Part shown: in pieces, positions 63,502 through 64,000 of the stretch
Numbering within the stretch: position 1 is the stretch's first letter
How the letters are laid out: the number at the start of each line of letters is the position of its first letter
Assembly: GCF_023055435.1 (NCBI RefSeq)
Contig: NW_025963846.1
Span: 7,502,001-7,566,000, forward strand
Source: Haliotis rufescens
Lineage: Eukaryota
DNA: 64,000 nucleotides
Direction: 5' to 3'
Made by a program: the position numbers and the translations under genes
Notes under the pieces: model-generated
Databases searched by the model: none
What the model was told of the DNA's origin: nothing
The model's input: only the letters and a program-made list of their open reading frames with translations

Positions 63502-64000
63502 CTAGAAAAAACAAAAAACAAATAGGTTTTCATCAAATGTAGATCCAAATATTTGAAATGTTACAGGACTGAACGATTAGGGTGCATTTGACTTGATGGT
63601 GCTTCAAAGTAAACCATATTAACTATTTATTATCAGGTCAGCTTTTTTAAATGTTGTCTTTCAACACCGATCCTACAAATTTCTTGGGTGACAGGATGAC
63701 AAGGACGTCAATACGTCTAGCTGTTATACGTGATCATGACATTGGAAACCATTGATGGGCCTCTCGGTACAATTGTGATTTTGGTAGCAGTGAATTGGAA
63801 ATATAAAAAAAACTATTCAAATTCAACCTGCCTACCCTTTACTTTTTAGGAGTGCTGTCAGTTAACTCTCTTGCCTCGGGAAGATGTCTACAGTGTAATT
63901 CAAGTATAATTACATCCGACATAACGCATGTGCATTCGAGCTATTCGCAAAGCTGACAGGTCAGTTCAAGTTATAAAACGTCACACTGAAATGTTTGAAA

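Overview
Eukaryotic, repeat-rich, mostly non-coding DNA. The SINE repertoire, with (GAGT)n/(AAAC)n/(CACCT)n tails and a Meta/MESC-type core, points to a gastropod mollusc, probably abalone (inference). The only host protein-coding sequence I can support is the terminal exon (TM7 plus C-tail) of a metabotropic glutamate receptor-like class C GPCR on the minus strand (63169-63501). The rest of the window is a transposon graveyard. It holds a degenerate, spliced (GT-AG intron-containing) Crypton tyrosine-recombinase element (about 2575-4330) that the ORF track misses, three Tc1/mariner relics, and a Penelope-like RT/GIY-YIG remnant plus minimal hammerhead-like motifs. It also holds fragments of R4/Dong, I/Nimb, L2 and other LINEs, four SINE families that share a 3' stem-loop tail, several MITE families, and three large tandem arrays (58-bp, 21-bp and 41-bp units). 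There is one assembly gap (16962-17091). The most interesting leads are a promoter-less SINE with a precisely starting, pseudoknot-like 5' head (self-cleaving ribozyme candidate), the intron-containing Crypton with twin palindromes at its end, and the SINE/LINE tail covariation. All alignments and folds were done by eye, and the boundaries of old elements are approximate.
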